A stretch of 64,000 nt of DNA from Sphagnum compactum (Eukaryota), in assembly GCA_965153455.1 (NCBI GenBank), contig OZ234493.1, positions 19,396,213 through 19,460,212 on the forward strand, given 5' to 3'. Of the stretch, positions 1-13,200 are shown piece after piece. Position 1 is the first letter of the stretch. Every line of letters begins with the position of its first letter. A program made the position numbers and the translations under genes. Under the pieces are notes generated by a model. That model saw nothing but the letters and a program-made list of their open reading frames with translations, was not told the DNA's origin and ran no database searches.

Positions 1-1439
1 GTCGAGAGGTAATCCTTCGCCAAATGCATAAATGTTGAGGTCTTCATGAGTGACATTTAAAAATCCGTTGAAAGGTGCTCCATTTGTGGGTTGAAAAATT
101 CTAAATTAAAAAAAAAACCAGATTGGGTTGCATACTTGTTCAATGTGTTGATTTGTTGATTTTTCCAATTGAAATAATTTGATGAAAATTTGGTACCACC
201 AGCATGTGGTACACTATAAAATATTACACCTTTAATATTGCTCAAAAATGTCTTACAACATTTGTGTACTTCATGATCCAAATCATTTCTTAACCTTTGA
301 TGTACATGTTTGTGAACTTCAACCACCAAGCTTTTGAGTATAAGACCTCCAAAACTATAAGCAACTAATGCCACCGGTTCATCCCAAAGGGATTGATAAT
401 TACAACATATTCAACAATGCACCAAAATTTTGTTATCAACATTGTATTAGCATGTACAAATTTATCCTATTGTACTTGGGGCAATTTTCCAATTCAAACA
501 TGACCTAAGCCATAAGTTCATAATTGATTTGCTCGTCATTTGTCATTTTTCATTTATTGACTCCATTAATCTACCTAAAAAAATGTGACAACAATGTTTT
601 GGTAAAACTATTATTATGTACAAGTATGTAGGTGTTTACATTCTTGTGTTAATATACAACTCATCTTCTATGTGTTACTTTGGAAATATTGTTGAAATAA
701 AAAGAAATTTAAAATTAAAATTATATATACCCTTTTTTGGAAATAATTATTTTGCAATGAAATGGATGCAAATTTTCTACACGTGTATTAATTTAATTTA
801 ATTCAATTCAATTGCATGACCTTAGATAAAACTTCAAAAAACACAAACTAAAAATTGCCATAAAAACCAAACTAGTTATACCATGAACTTGTAATATGAA
901 TATAGACTTTGCTATGATCTTCAACAAGAACATTTGCATTTTAGCCCCATTTTATGTTCTTTTACATGAATCTAACAATTCAAGTAAATTGAAACTTGTT
1001 GGTGTGTGTCACAATATTAGCACACATGAATAATTAATTCATGCAAAACATTTAAAAATTTCTAAAGTTGCAAACAATTATCTTTAATGTACACAAGGAG
1101 TAGTAATTAATGTGTCCATAAATAGAAGAGATTGTCACACCTTGAATTTGTAACCAAACTTTGAATAAGGTTTTTGCCAATTTCAGTCACATCATTGTGA
1201 ACACTTGCCACAATGTTAGAATCATAGGACAATGATAAAATTCGAACATTGTTGTTCAAGTCTTCGGGTAGCCACTTTTTCTGGCCAACATATGCATTCG
1301 TCTCTATTGTTGGTGGGGCATGTTGTCCTTGTTTCCTTCCATTCATCATTTGTGCCAAAAGCAATCCCATGAAAAAAACGATGGTCAAGTTTGGATTATT
1401 GGAATTGCAAGTGGGATTTAAATCATGCACTAAATGATT
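1..1439 (-). pseudogene. Paralogous hydrolase-NLR copy (hydrolase exons 1439-1141 and 399-<1), continuing beyond the left edge
   Basis: Reverse-complement match to 8415-8713 and 9432-9831. Lesions: -1/+1 frameshift pair (about 1371 and 1276-1280), acceptor AG>AA at 400, frameshift giving TAA at 57-59, and absence of the segment holding putative exon 1. Confidence 0.88.
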
Positions 1440-2555
1440 CTGCAAAAAAAATGAAAACGAGTGAACACAATTCTTCAAACATCTCTTGGAAATTATTTGA
1501 CTACACATGAAATAAGATAACTACAATATACAAATTATAGTAGTTTGATAAAGGCAATAATTAATTGAAAAGATTAAGTTTAACAAGAAGATAATAATAG
1601 ATGAATTGGAGAATACCAAATTTATCTTGCATGACTAACAAATGAAGATTATTCACGTGTGTCATAGACCTCAAAGTTTCAAAACATAGTTCAATTAAGT
1701 AAATATTGTTACTTAGTAGGTGGAACGTATGCTAATCAATAAAGGTTAATGCTAGGAATTGGATTATTTCAAGTTTGGGTTGATTAGCTTAGCCATCTAG
1801 TTTGGTTCATTTTGCATTTCATGACATTTTCCCCAACATTTGGGCCACTAAGGCCTCCAACTCCTAAGGAATTGGGACACAAACCCAATAAGAATGTCCA
1901 AGAGCATTTTAATAATTTGCTTTAGGTTGCTGGATTAAGACTACACATTGAACTTAACTCATAATCTATAATGAAAGTTCCAATTCTTACAAGTTCAATA
2001 TATTCTTAGTCAATGCCAATTGACAAATTTCCCTTTCACCAATTCTACTTGTTATAGCAACCAAGTCACCGGCCTAATGTAAGAGGCTATAATGAGGACT
2101 CCATTTCCTATTGTTTTAAACATCAGTTCATATTTTTTTATCTAAAGAAACAAACTCAAAAGTAGGCAAAGTGAAAATGTACGACAAGGAAGCTTGTAAA
2201 TGAATGAGGACGTTCAGGTACCCTAGTGGCTAAAGGGTATGGTTGTGAAGCTGCTGGTTGGGAGTTCAAATCTGAACTAAACCTCCTTCTCGCGATGCTT
2301 TGTCAGGACAATAAGCTATCATGGTTGTAAGGGTCAAGGAAAATTGTCGACACCCAAACAAAATTTTAAAAAGCAAAGACTAATCTTCCTACCGATGATA
2401 GCCACTTGGGCTATATCTCAAAACTGACCCAAAAATTTATTCATCCACACGTTTCCTGCTGTTGGCTGATTTCACCCAGTGCATTATTGAAGCGTTCTGC
2501 CAGAGCTCATGTTGCAGGCAATCCATGATTAATTGGGCCTTGGGCGGACCAGCCA

Positions 2556-2755
2556 GAATGAATTGAACCCCACATTGGGAACACTGTAGAAACCCCCAAA
2601 ACCCATTTAATTGGCCGTAGTAGGCCCCAAAATTTATAGATTTGGACTTTGGGACCCTGATTTAGTCTATGGAAATGATATTTATAAATATTTACAAGCA
2701 ATTTAAGTAAGCTTTGTGGTTTTTACCATGATCCCAATGTGGGGGTCAATTTGCC
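2556..2755. mobile_element. MITE with AATTGACCCCCACATTGGGA-type TIRs (left-arm copy)
   Basis: aattgaaccccacattggga ... tcccaatgtgggggtcaatt. The same family occurs at 5939-6146 and 45446-45631. Confidence 0.6.
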
Positions 2756-2852
2756 TTGGTCGGGTGAACCTGGCCTAGACTAGAACCACGGTGAAAATCC
2801 CAAAGTTTTTGGGGGCAGCTTTAAAACATTATAGATACACGTAGCGTTCTTA

Positions 2853-3139
2853 GAGCATCTCCACCCGACACCTGCAGACAGCCCTTTTCATTAAATTTGC
2901 AGCGGAGTAGCGTAACTTAGGCTCCTGTCCAGTATTTATGTTGATTTACAGTGACCCTTCTAAGCCCTTTAAAAGCTAGCATGGATTTGGACGCTGACTA
3001 TTACTGGTGCAGATGCATAAATGGTCTTTGAGTATTTAAAGGGGCTTTTATGACGTTTGTGGGTGGGGACAGTGATCATTAAAAACTATTTTAGTTTAAC
3101 ATAAAGCAGTTTTTTGCAGTTTTTGGGGTGGAGATGATT
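2853..3139. mobile_element. Tourist/PIF-Harbinger-like MITE
   Basis: TTA-GAGCATCTCCACCC ... GGGTGGAGATGATT-TTA, with a 3-bp TTA TSD. Confidence 0.7.
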
Positions 3140-3573
3140 TTAGACAAAATCAGGGTCTCTAAATCGACAAAGACAGCCTCTAAGAGGCCTCACTCAAGAA
3201 GTGAGTGTACCAATGTAGGTGCTGGTTCGCCCCAGCCAGTGGCTATGATTGGAGCAGCCTGGGAGGAGAAGGAAAAATTACATGGAAGGTCATAGCAAAT
3301 AAATCCAGAGTAGAAAGACAAAAGAAATTCTGTACAGAGGAGTGATTTTTTTGGGTGAATTTTCGCACTGTGGGTACAAAGAAAATTTGAAGAAATTGGG
3401 AAATTTCGTTTTAATAGTGTGAATTCGAGAAAAAATGCACATTAAATGGAAAAAGTCAACAAATTTAACAAACCACAAAATTGAGAAAAGAAGGAAAGGA
3501 AAAAAAACACTGGTACAGAGGTATATATGTGTGCACCCTAAATAAAATATGGAAAAACATGTTGTGAAACTAA

Positions 3574-3900
3574 GGGCGACTTTAGACGAGGGTCCAAAGT
3601 CCAGGGACCAATGAATTCAAGCAATCTTATTGGTCGAAAGCTTTAAATTGGTCCCAAGGCTTTTGGACGAGGGTCCAAGACCAAAAACTGGCAAATTGAG
3701 GCTAATATGGCAACTGTTTTGTAAGGAAAACCAATTGGTTCAGACCAAAAGACAGTGATTAAAGGAAAGCTCCTGATTTGGGGAACCAAGAATCAGGCTA
3801 GGGACCCAGGTACACTCCAACTCAAGGATTCAATTTGCTTCACATGAGTCCAAATTGGTTCCTAGGAAATTGGACCCTGGACCCTCGTCTAAAGTGAGGG
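3574..3900. mobile_element. Tourist-like MITE in the palindrome spacer
   Basis: 18-bp TIR core ACTTTAGACGAGGGTCCA / TGGACCCTCGTCTAAAGT, with TAA on both flanks (3571-3573 and 3901-3903). The outermost 5 bp mismatch. Confidence 0.7.
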
Positions 3901-5536
3901 TAATGGTGTTTTACTGCAAGACCGTTTTGACTCCTTATGTGGAGAACCACAATCAGCACGATTGACATCTGGTGCAAAGTGCAAACATGTTGGATCCGAG
4001 ATCTGAGGCCTTAGCCTGGTGAAAGGCAGTAACTTTTTGCTCACTTTTGGTTTTCTGACTTGCTTTGTGTTATGGTGCCCGCAACCGAGTCTGTTGTTTG
4101 TGAAGAAATAGGGAAAACCTGTAATTAATGGCCAGGCTGAACCTGCACCTACATTAATACATTCACCTTCTTGAATGAGCCCTTTCCCCCATATTCACTG
4201 CAAGACGCATCAAAGAAATGTTAAATTTGAACTCAGAGACCCTGATTTAGTCTAAGGCCCGCTTTACACTAGGAGTTACTCTGAGCATTTTTTGCTTTTT
4301 GTCCGGCCCCAAGTGATTAATAAATGTTACAACATTGGCCACAAGGGTTGCAAATTGGCTTCCCAAATTTGACGGTATCCTTTCCTTCAGCCTTGGGGCC
4401 AATACAAGGCCATAAAATTCAACATTTATTAGTAACTTGGGGCAGATTGAAAAGATTTTTTCTTTTTTGGCCTTGACTACTAGTGTAATTTAGCACTTGG
4501 GGCTGATTTCAACTTTTTCACCAATAGGAATGCGTGATCTGAGTTGAACATCGCCCTCGACTCCTATTGTAAAGTGGGCCTAAGAGCAGGTCCACAGGTG
4601 CTGGGTATATGGCCCTAGAAGGTAACTTTTGGCTCAGCACAATGGCTTTGGCCTGGACATTTTCCCTGGCAATACCAAGGCAGGCGAAAGGTTCAGCAAA
4701 GGACAATACGTGGTATTGATTGTTCAACAGACTGTTAGACAGGTGGTTGGTCGAAGTAGGTTGCTAATAGCTACTATTGGTTACCGATCATTTGCGTTGT
4801 CAGTTTTAGTGCGGGGTTGGGCGGAGGGAAAAAAAAAACACTAATCCTGGTTTTAGGAAATATTGTGTTCCATTGCAATATACTCAAAGCAACTGTGGAG
4901 CTGCTCTAGAGGATGATTTTGGTTACAACAAAAGATGTTTTGTCAAGCGATTTCACTAAATTTTGAATGAATCCACTAGTTTCAATAATTAGCTTAAAAA
5001 TATTGTATTCACTGGTCTAATAAATGGGGAGTAAAGAATTGCACCCGCATTTTCTAATGATTAGAAGCAAACCCAAAGCCTTTGTAACTTGGTACTAATA
5101 TAGATGCTGGTTTGGTCAAGGCTAATATTTGTACCTGGTATACCAGATACAAATATTATCAGTGTTTTTTCTTTTCTCTTTTTTTTTTCAATTTTGTGGT
5201 TTGTAAACTTTGTCAAAATTTTCCATTTATTGAGCATTTTTTTTTCTCAAACTCACACTATTAAAACGAATATTCCCAATTTCTTCAAATTTTCTTTGTA
5301 GCCACAGTGCGAAAATTCACCAAGAAAAATCACTCCTCTGTACAGAATTTCTTTTGTTTTTTAAGTCCAGATTTATTTGTTATGACCGTCCATGTAAACC
5401 TTCCTTCTCCCCCTAGGCTGCTCCAATCGTAGCCACTGGCCAGGGCGAACCAGCACCTACACTGGCACAGTCACCGTCTTGAGCAAGGCTTCTTATAGGC
5501 TGTCTTTGTCGATTCAGAGACTCTGATTTTGTCTAG

Positions 5537-5841
5537 GAGCATCTCCATCCCAAAACTGTAAACAACTCCTTTATGTTAAAATAGAATAGTGTTTAATGAT
5601 CACTGTCCCCACCCACAAACGTCATAAAATTCCCTTTAAACACTCAAACACTATTTATGTCTTTACATCTGGACCAGTATTAGTCACTGCATGTCCAAAT
5701 CCATAGTAGAAAAAAGATTTTAAAGGGGTTTAAATGACCACTGCAAAATCGACATCCATACCGGAGCGGAGCAGCAGTTATGCAATCCTGCTGCAAGATT
5801 TAATGAAAAGGGCTGTTTGCAGGTGTGAGGTGGAGATGCTC
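5537..5841. mobile_element. Tourist/PIF-Harbinger-like MITE (right-arm counterpart of 2853-3139)
   Basis: GAGCATCTCCA ... TGGAGATGCTC, flanked by TAG and TAA. Confidence 0.75.
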
Positions 5842-5938
5842 TAAGGAAGCTACATGTATCTATAATGTTTTGAAGCTGCTCCCAAAAACTTTGGGATTTT
5901 CACCGAGGCACAAGTGTAGGCCAGGATAACCTGACCAA

Positions 5939-6146
5939 GGCAAATTGACCCCCACATTGGGATCATGGTAAAAACCGCAGAGCCCAATTAAATTGTTCAT
6001 AAATATTCTAGATATTAAAAATATAATTTCTGTCGACAAAATCATGGTCCCTAAATCCAAATCTATAATTTTTGGGGCCTGATATGGCCATTTGAATGGG
6101 TTTTGGGGGTTTTCACGGTGATCCCAATGTGGGGGTCAATTCACCC
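5939..6146. mobile_element. MITE, right-arm counterpart of 2556-2755
   Basis: ggcaaattgacccccacattgggatc ... gatcccaatgtgggggtcaattcacc. Confidence 0.65.
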
Positions 6147-6780
6147 TGGCCGGTTCACCCAAGGCCCAATTAATCATGCATTGCCTGCAACATGAGCTCT
6201 GGCAGAACGCTTCAATAATGCACTGGGTGAAATCGGCAAACAGCAGGAAACGTGTGGAGCAATTTTTTTTGGGTGAGTTTTGAGATATAGCCCAAGTGGC
6301 TATGAGCTAAATATGGCATTAGAAAATCTTAAACATCTTTCTCTTATTTTTGGCTACCTACTTAAAAACCACGTATGGAAATCTGACGATTTTTCTTTGG
6401 ATTTGGTTGAATTTTAGCTATTGAGATTCTCAAAAAGCATTTGATTTTAGCACTTTCTAAATTTATGACTTAGCTTTTTTTCGGCTATAGTTTTTTGGTA
6501 AAAGAGAGGTCGGTGTGCGAATGTGAACAAAAGTCATGATGATAATAATGGAGGAGGCCAGAGGGAAAACGTAAAGCGTGTTTGACAAGTCTCAAGCTGA
6601 CATTGCATGTTCCATCCTCAATTATGAGTACAAAATAGAGACATGGGTTCCACAAAAGAAAGTAATGAATTGTTCAGTGGCCAAGAAATCGGTAAAGCGC
6701 TGATGCTACAGTCTGAACAGTCATGGCAAAACCCTTCTAGAAGTTTCTGGGGGAGGAGAAAATGAAGAAGAAGAAACATT

Positions 6781-7190
6781 TGTGAGAAAAGTCAAAAAAG
6801 GAGTAAGAAAAGAGAGTGGGAATTCCAGGGAGATCGTGAAGAGGAAAGCGGTTGATGTTCTTTGGAGAGATCAAGTGGAAAGATCAGCTTGCGAGAATCT
6901 GTGCTGTGACGGACACCCATCATACCCTGTGTATGCTATTGGGATGGGAGAGGATTTCTAGCAGGTTTTATGAGAGCTTCTTCTTCTGTGAGAAAAGTCG
7001 AAAAAGTAGTAAGAAGAGAAGAGAGTGAGAATTCCAGGGAATTCGTGAAGAGGAAACCGGTTGATGTTTCCTGGGGAGATCTAGTGGAAAGATCCGCTTA
7101 GCTTGCGGGAATCTGTGATGTGAGGGACACCCATCATACCCTGTGTATGCTATTGGGACGGCAAAGGATTTGTAGCCAGGTTTCATGAGA
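6781..7190 (+). repeat. ~200-bp direct tandem duplication upstream of putative exon 1
   Basis: tgtgagaaaagtc...ggacacccatcataccctgtgtatgctattggga...atgaga occurs at 6781-6975 and 6987-7190. Confidence 0.85.
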
Positions 7191-7255
7191 CCAAAAGGTT
7201 ACGAGAAAACTATTTATGAGAGCAGTGAGCAAAAGGAATCTCAGTAGTGTGAAAT

Positions 7256-10200
7256 ATGAGAAATTCATATGCCCGCAAGCGAAAAGGAGTTGATCTTTCA
7301 CAAAGGCCACCAAAAAGAAAGAGAGATGTTGTGCGGAACCCTGCTGTGATTGACACACCTTCAGTGCCCGCTGAAAATCCTCCTTCAAGCTCTAGATGGC
7401 ACAGCAATGTGGTGCTTCTTCTTAATCTTATGATGAGCTTTCTTTGCACAGTTTTTTCTTGGGCTTTCCCAAGTTACACGTTGAAGTTTGATTTTTCTTT
7501 TCTTTTTTTTAATTTTGTTTGGGTGTTGACAATTTTCCTTGACCCTTACAATCATGATAGCTTATTGTCCTCACAAAGCATCAGGAGAAGGAGCTCTAGT
7601 TCAGATTTGAACTCCCAACCAATAGCTTCACAACCATACCTTTTAGCCACTAGGGTACCTGAATGTCCCCAATCATTTACAAGTTTCCTTTTTATACATT
7701 TTTGACTTTGCCTGATTTCCAGTTTGGTTGTTTAGATAAATTTTTTTTTGAAATGATGTTTAAAACAATACGAAATGGAGTCATCATTATAGCCTCTTAC
7801 ATTCGGCCGGTGACTCATTTGCTATAACAAGTAGAATTGGTGAAAGGCAAATTTGTCAAAATTTGACATTGACTAAGAATATATTGAACTTGTAAAGATT
7901 GGAACTTTCATTATAGATTATTAGCTAAGTTCAATGTGTAGTCATAATCCAACAACCTAAAGCAAATTATTAAAATGCTCTTGGACATTCTTATTGGGTT
8001 TGTGTCCCAATCCCTTAGCCATTAGAGGCCTTAGAGGCCCAAATGTTGGGGAAAATGTGCTGAAATACAAATCAACCCAAACTTGAAAGAATCCAATTCT
8101 TAGCATTAACCTTTATTGTTTCACATATGTTCCACCTACTATGTAACAACATTTACTTATTGAACTATGTTTTGAAACTTTGAGGTCTATGACAAATGTG
8201 AATGATCTTCATTTGTTAGTCATGCAAGATAGATTTGGTATTCTCCAATTCATCTATTATTGTCATTTTGTTAAACTTAATCTTTTCAACTAATTATTGC
8301 CTTTATCTAACTACTATAATTTGTATATTGCATTTTTCTTATTTCATGTATAGTCAAATAATTTCCAAGAGACATTTAAAGAATTGTGTTGACTCGTTTT
8401 CATTTTCTTTGCAGGAATATCGAGTGCATGATTTAAATCCCACTTGCAATTCCAATAATCCAAGCTTGACCATCGTTTTTTTCCATGGGATTGCTTTTGG
8501 CACAAATGATGAATGGAAGGAAACATGGACAACACGCCCCACCAACAATAGAGAAGAGTGCATATGTTGGCCAGAAAAGTGGCTACCCGAAGACTTGAAC
8601 AACAATGTTCGAATTTTATCATTGTCCTATGATTCTAACATTGTGGCAAGTGTTCACAACGATGTGACTGAAATTGGCAAAAACCTCATTCAAAGTTTGG
8701 TTACGAATTCAAGGTGTGACAATCATCTCTATTTATGGACGCATTAATTACTTCTCCTTGTGTGTATTAAAATAATTTTTTACATCTTTAGAATTCTTAA
8801 ATGTTTTGCATGAGTTAATTGTTCATGTGTGCTAGTATTATGATATGCACCAACAAGTTTCAATTTACTTGAATCGTTAAATTCATGTAGGAGAACATAA
8901 AATGGGGCTTAAATGCAAATGTTCTTGTTTGAGGATAATAGCAAAGTCTATGTTCATATTATAAGTTCATGGTACAACTAATTTGGTTTTTATAGCAATT
9001 TTTAGTTCCCACTTTTTGAAGCTTTATCTTTGGTAATGCAATTGAATTGAATTAAATTAAATTAATACATGTGTAGAAAACTTGCATCCATTTCATTGCA
9101 AAAACATTATTTCAAAAAAAAGGTATATATATATATATATATAAATTTCAACTATATTTCCAACATAACACATAGAAGATGAGTTGTACACTAACACAAG
9201 AATGTAAACACCTACATACTTGTGCATAATAATTGTTTTACGAAAACATGGTTGTCACATTTAATGGAGTCAATAAACGAAAAATGACATAGGACAAGCA
9301 AATCAATAATGAACTTATGGCTTAGGTCATGTGTGAATTGGAAAATTGCCCCCAAATATGATAGGATAAATTTGTACATGTTAATACAATGTTGATAATG
9401 TAATTTTGGTGCATTGTTGAATATTTTGTAGTTATCAATCCCTTTGGGATGGACCAGTAGCATTAATTGCTTATAGTTTTGGAGGTCTTGTACTCAAAAG
9501 CTTGGTGGTTGAAGCTCACAAACACGTAGATCAAAGGCCAAAAAATGATTTGGATGATGAAAAACACAAATGTTGTAAAACATTTTTGAACAATGTCAAA
9601 GGTGTAGTATTTTATGGTGTACCACATTCTGGTGGTACCCAATATTTATCAAAATATTTCACTTGGCAATATCAACAAATCAACACGTTGAGCAAATATG
9701 CAACCCAACCTAGTTTTTCAAAAAATTTAGAACCTTTCAACTCACAAATGGAGTACCTTTCAACGGATTTTAAAAATGTCATTCATGAAGACCTCAACAT
9801 TTATGCATTTGGTGAAGGATTACCATTCGACAAAAATTGGGTAAGATTTTCATTTCGTCACATTGAAAGTTATCCAACTTGGTTCATTAATTGAACAATT
9901 TTTTGTATTGTCAAAACTTGTGTGGGATCATGTACTCAATACTTATGAATATATTAATTTGGTGAATGGGTCATGTGTTTTATGAACTTTGTTTCATGAA
10001 TTACTATTGATGGAAAAGAAATTTGATTGATTTTAAACATCAGGAAATAAATTTTAATTTTCCCTTCATCAAATCAATTCCATATAAATATTTGTAAGGA
10101 AAAACACATCATTAAAACATATAAGATTCATGAGATTAAAAACCAATAGTTTAAATTTTCCTTTCATCAAATCAATTCCATATAAACATTTGTAAGGAAA

Positions 10201-13200
10201 ATCATAACATCGTTAAAAAATATAAGATTCATGAGATTAAAAACCAATAACTTTGTGATGTATTTATATAAGTTATTTGCCAAAGGGTTGAAGGAAATTA
10301 CTTGTACACAATATTTCATTATTATTCAAACATCAATAGTTATTAAGCTATAGTTTCCACCACCATTTGGCTTATAAGTTAAAACATAAGTGAACAAACA
10401 AGTCAATGAATTCCATTAATTTAATCTTTTGCACATGCAGGGAATTTTAGTGCCATATGCTTCAGCTACTCGGTTGTCAAACAACAACCATTACAAAATT
10501 GAGGATGCTAATCACTTGACAATTTGCAAGCCACCAAACAAGGATCATCCAAGCTATTCTTTATTATTACAATGTTTGAAAATATGTATGAAGGTAAAAA
10601 CATCAAATTTAAGTCTTTTGATTTCATATATGTTCATGTAATTTGAAACACATTCAATCACAGCACATTTGATGTGTTTTGCATATGCAATGTTAAATAT
10701 ATTAATTATCAAATAAGAAAGATAACATAAAAAATGACCTATATTTTGTGAATTTTGACAGAAAAATATATTGCTTCCACGTTTGCCATGTCATGAGGTG
10801 GCGTTGATTGACAAAGCACGAGACATAAACATCTTGTTACAAAAGCAATCTATTGTTGGTTTAGTTGGAATGGGTGGGATTGGGAAGACCACTTTGTGTA
10901 AAAAATTCTATCATTTGTTCCACAACCAATATGACAAATCTAGTTTTTTGGAGGATGTCAAATCAAAGGACAATATCAATGATGTCATTAAACAACTCTT
11001 ACATGATTTATGTGGCAAAAGGTTATGGAAGGATGAAAATGTGAATGAAGACCTTGATAAAATTAGACAATGTATGATATCGAAGAAAGTGTTAGTCGTG
11101 GTGGATGATGTTGGTAAGGCGGAGAACCTTACATCCTTGCAACTTCTTGTTGAAAAGGGTGCCAAGAATGCAACTTCTAAAAGCAGAGTACTTGTGAATT
11201 GTCGAAATTGGCAAATTCTAAAATCTCATGTAAGTGAGGATGGAAAAATGGTCATGAAATCTTTGGAGGAAAAGGAAGCAAGAAAACTCTTTATGTTCCA
11301 TGCATTTGGTAATGCGAATCATGTTCCAACAAAGGATTTCAAAGATATATGTATGAAGATTATAAAAGCTTGTGGGGGGCTCCCTTTAAGTCTTAAAGTA
11401 TTGGGTTCTTTTTTGTGTAATACAAAAAAATTAGAAATGTGGGAAGGTGCATTGACCAAATTGAAAAGTGGGAAAAGTTTGACAGGGGGCAATGATAACG
11501 AAGAGCTTTGGAATGTTTTAAAGATTTCTTATGAGGACTTGGATAAACAAAATCAAAACATGTTTTTGGATATTGCTTGTTTTTTTGGTGGTTTGAAAAT
11601 AAATACAATTTGTCGAGCCTGGAGTGGAGATAATGAACACCCAAAGTTTGAATTACAAAATTTACAACATAGATCTCTAGTCGAGTGGGCAGAAGATGGA
11701 ATCTTGTACATACATGAACAATTACGAGACATGGGTCAAAGTATTGCAATGGAACTTCCAATTATGAATCGATTTATATGGAAATCAAATAAGTCAAATT
11801 TATTTTTACGAAAGGATGAGGTTGTCACCATACTATTTCGATCCTATAATTTTATTTTGATTTTTTATGATTTTTTTAATGTCCAAAACCAAATGTTTTA
11901 ATTTTGAATTTTGATTTTATAAAGAAATGTTTTTCTAATAAAAATTGGCATTAGGATGATTTTTTAAAAATATTGACAATCCTTTTTGTTTTCATTTCAT
12001 GTGATAGGTGGTGGAAAATTTAGAAGGCATCTCATTGAAGAACTGCGTCAATTTGCCTACATTGTCCCAAATCGGCTCAAAGGGATTTCCCAACCTTAGG
12101 TTGGTTGACCTAACAGAAGCTTCACCAACTATAGTGGAAAATTTCATCCAAGGGCGAAATTTGAATAACGTTAAGTGGTTGTGCCTCAAAAAATGCATGA
12201 TTAAAAAATTACCAAATAGTTTATTTTATTGTTTACAATTACAAGTACTTGATTTGGCACAATGCCAAAGTTTGGAAAAAATACCTTCATCCATTGGCGA
12301 ATTGAATGCACTCCAAGAGCTTGATTTATCAAGGTGTTCCAACTTGAAAGAACTACCTTCGTCTATTGGCCAATTGACTGCACTCCTAGAGCTTGATTTA
12401 TCAGGGTGTTCCAACTTGAAAGAACTACCTTCCTCTATTGGCCAATTGACTGCACTCCTAGAGCTTGATTTATCAGGGTGTTCCAACTTGAAAGAACTAC
12501 CTTCCTCTATTGGCCAATTGACTGCACTCCTAGAGCTTGATTTGTCAGGGTGGTCCAACTTGCAAAAACTACCTTCATCTATTGGCCAATTGAATGCACT
12601 CCAAAAGCTTGATTTATCATGGTGTTCCAACTTGAAAGAACTACCTTCACCTATTGGTCGATTGAATGCACTCCAAAAGCTTAATTTGAAAGGGTGTTCC
12701 GAATTGAAAGAACTACCTTCATCTATTGGCCAATTGAATGCACTCCAAAACTTTAATTTGTACGCCTGTTCTGGATTGAAAAAACTACCTTCATCTATTG
12801 ACCAATTAACTGCACTCCTAAAGCTTGATTTGTCATGGTGTTCCAACTTGAAAGAACTACCTTCATCTATTGCCCAATTGAATGCACTCCAAGAGCTTGA
12901 TTTATCATTGTGTTCCAAGTTGAAAGAACTACCTTCATCTATTGGCCAATTGAATGCACTCCAAAACCTTGTTTTGGAAGGGTGTTGGAACTTGAAAGAA
13001 TTACCTTCTTCTATTGGTCAATTGAATGCACTCCAAAAGCTTAATTTATCATGGTGTTCCGATTTGAAAGAACTACCTTCATATATTGGCCAATTGAATG
13101 CACTCCTAGAACTTGATTTATCATTGTGTTCCGAGTTAAAAGAACTACCTTTATCTATTGGCCAATTGAATGCACTCCAAAAGCTTGATTTGAAAGGGTG

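Larger units (their letters stand above)
1..9831. repeat. Large inverted duplication: left arm 1-~3515, spacer ~3516-5156, right arm ~5157-9831. The right arm has an extra ~6304-7490.
   Basis: Continuous reverse-complement similarity, e.g. 2399-2545 vs 6160-6303, 3290-3512 vs 5160-5380, and 1141-1439 vs 8415-8713. Confidence 0.95.

Noticed and set aside
4255-4497. Possible further Tourist-like MITE (ttacactag / ctagtgtaa)
   Set aside because: The TIR match is only about 9 bp and the TSD is not clear.
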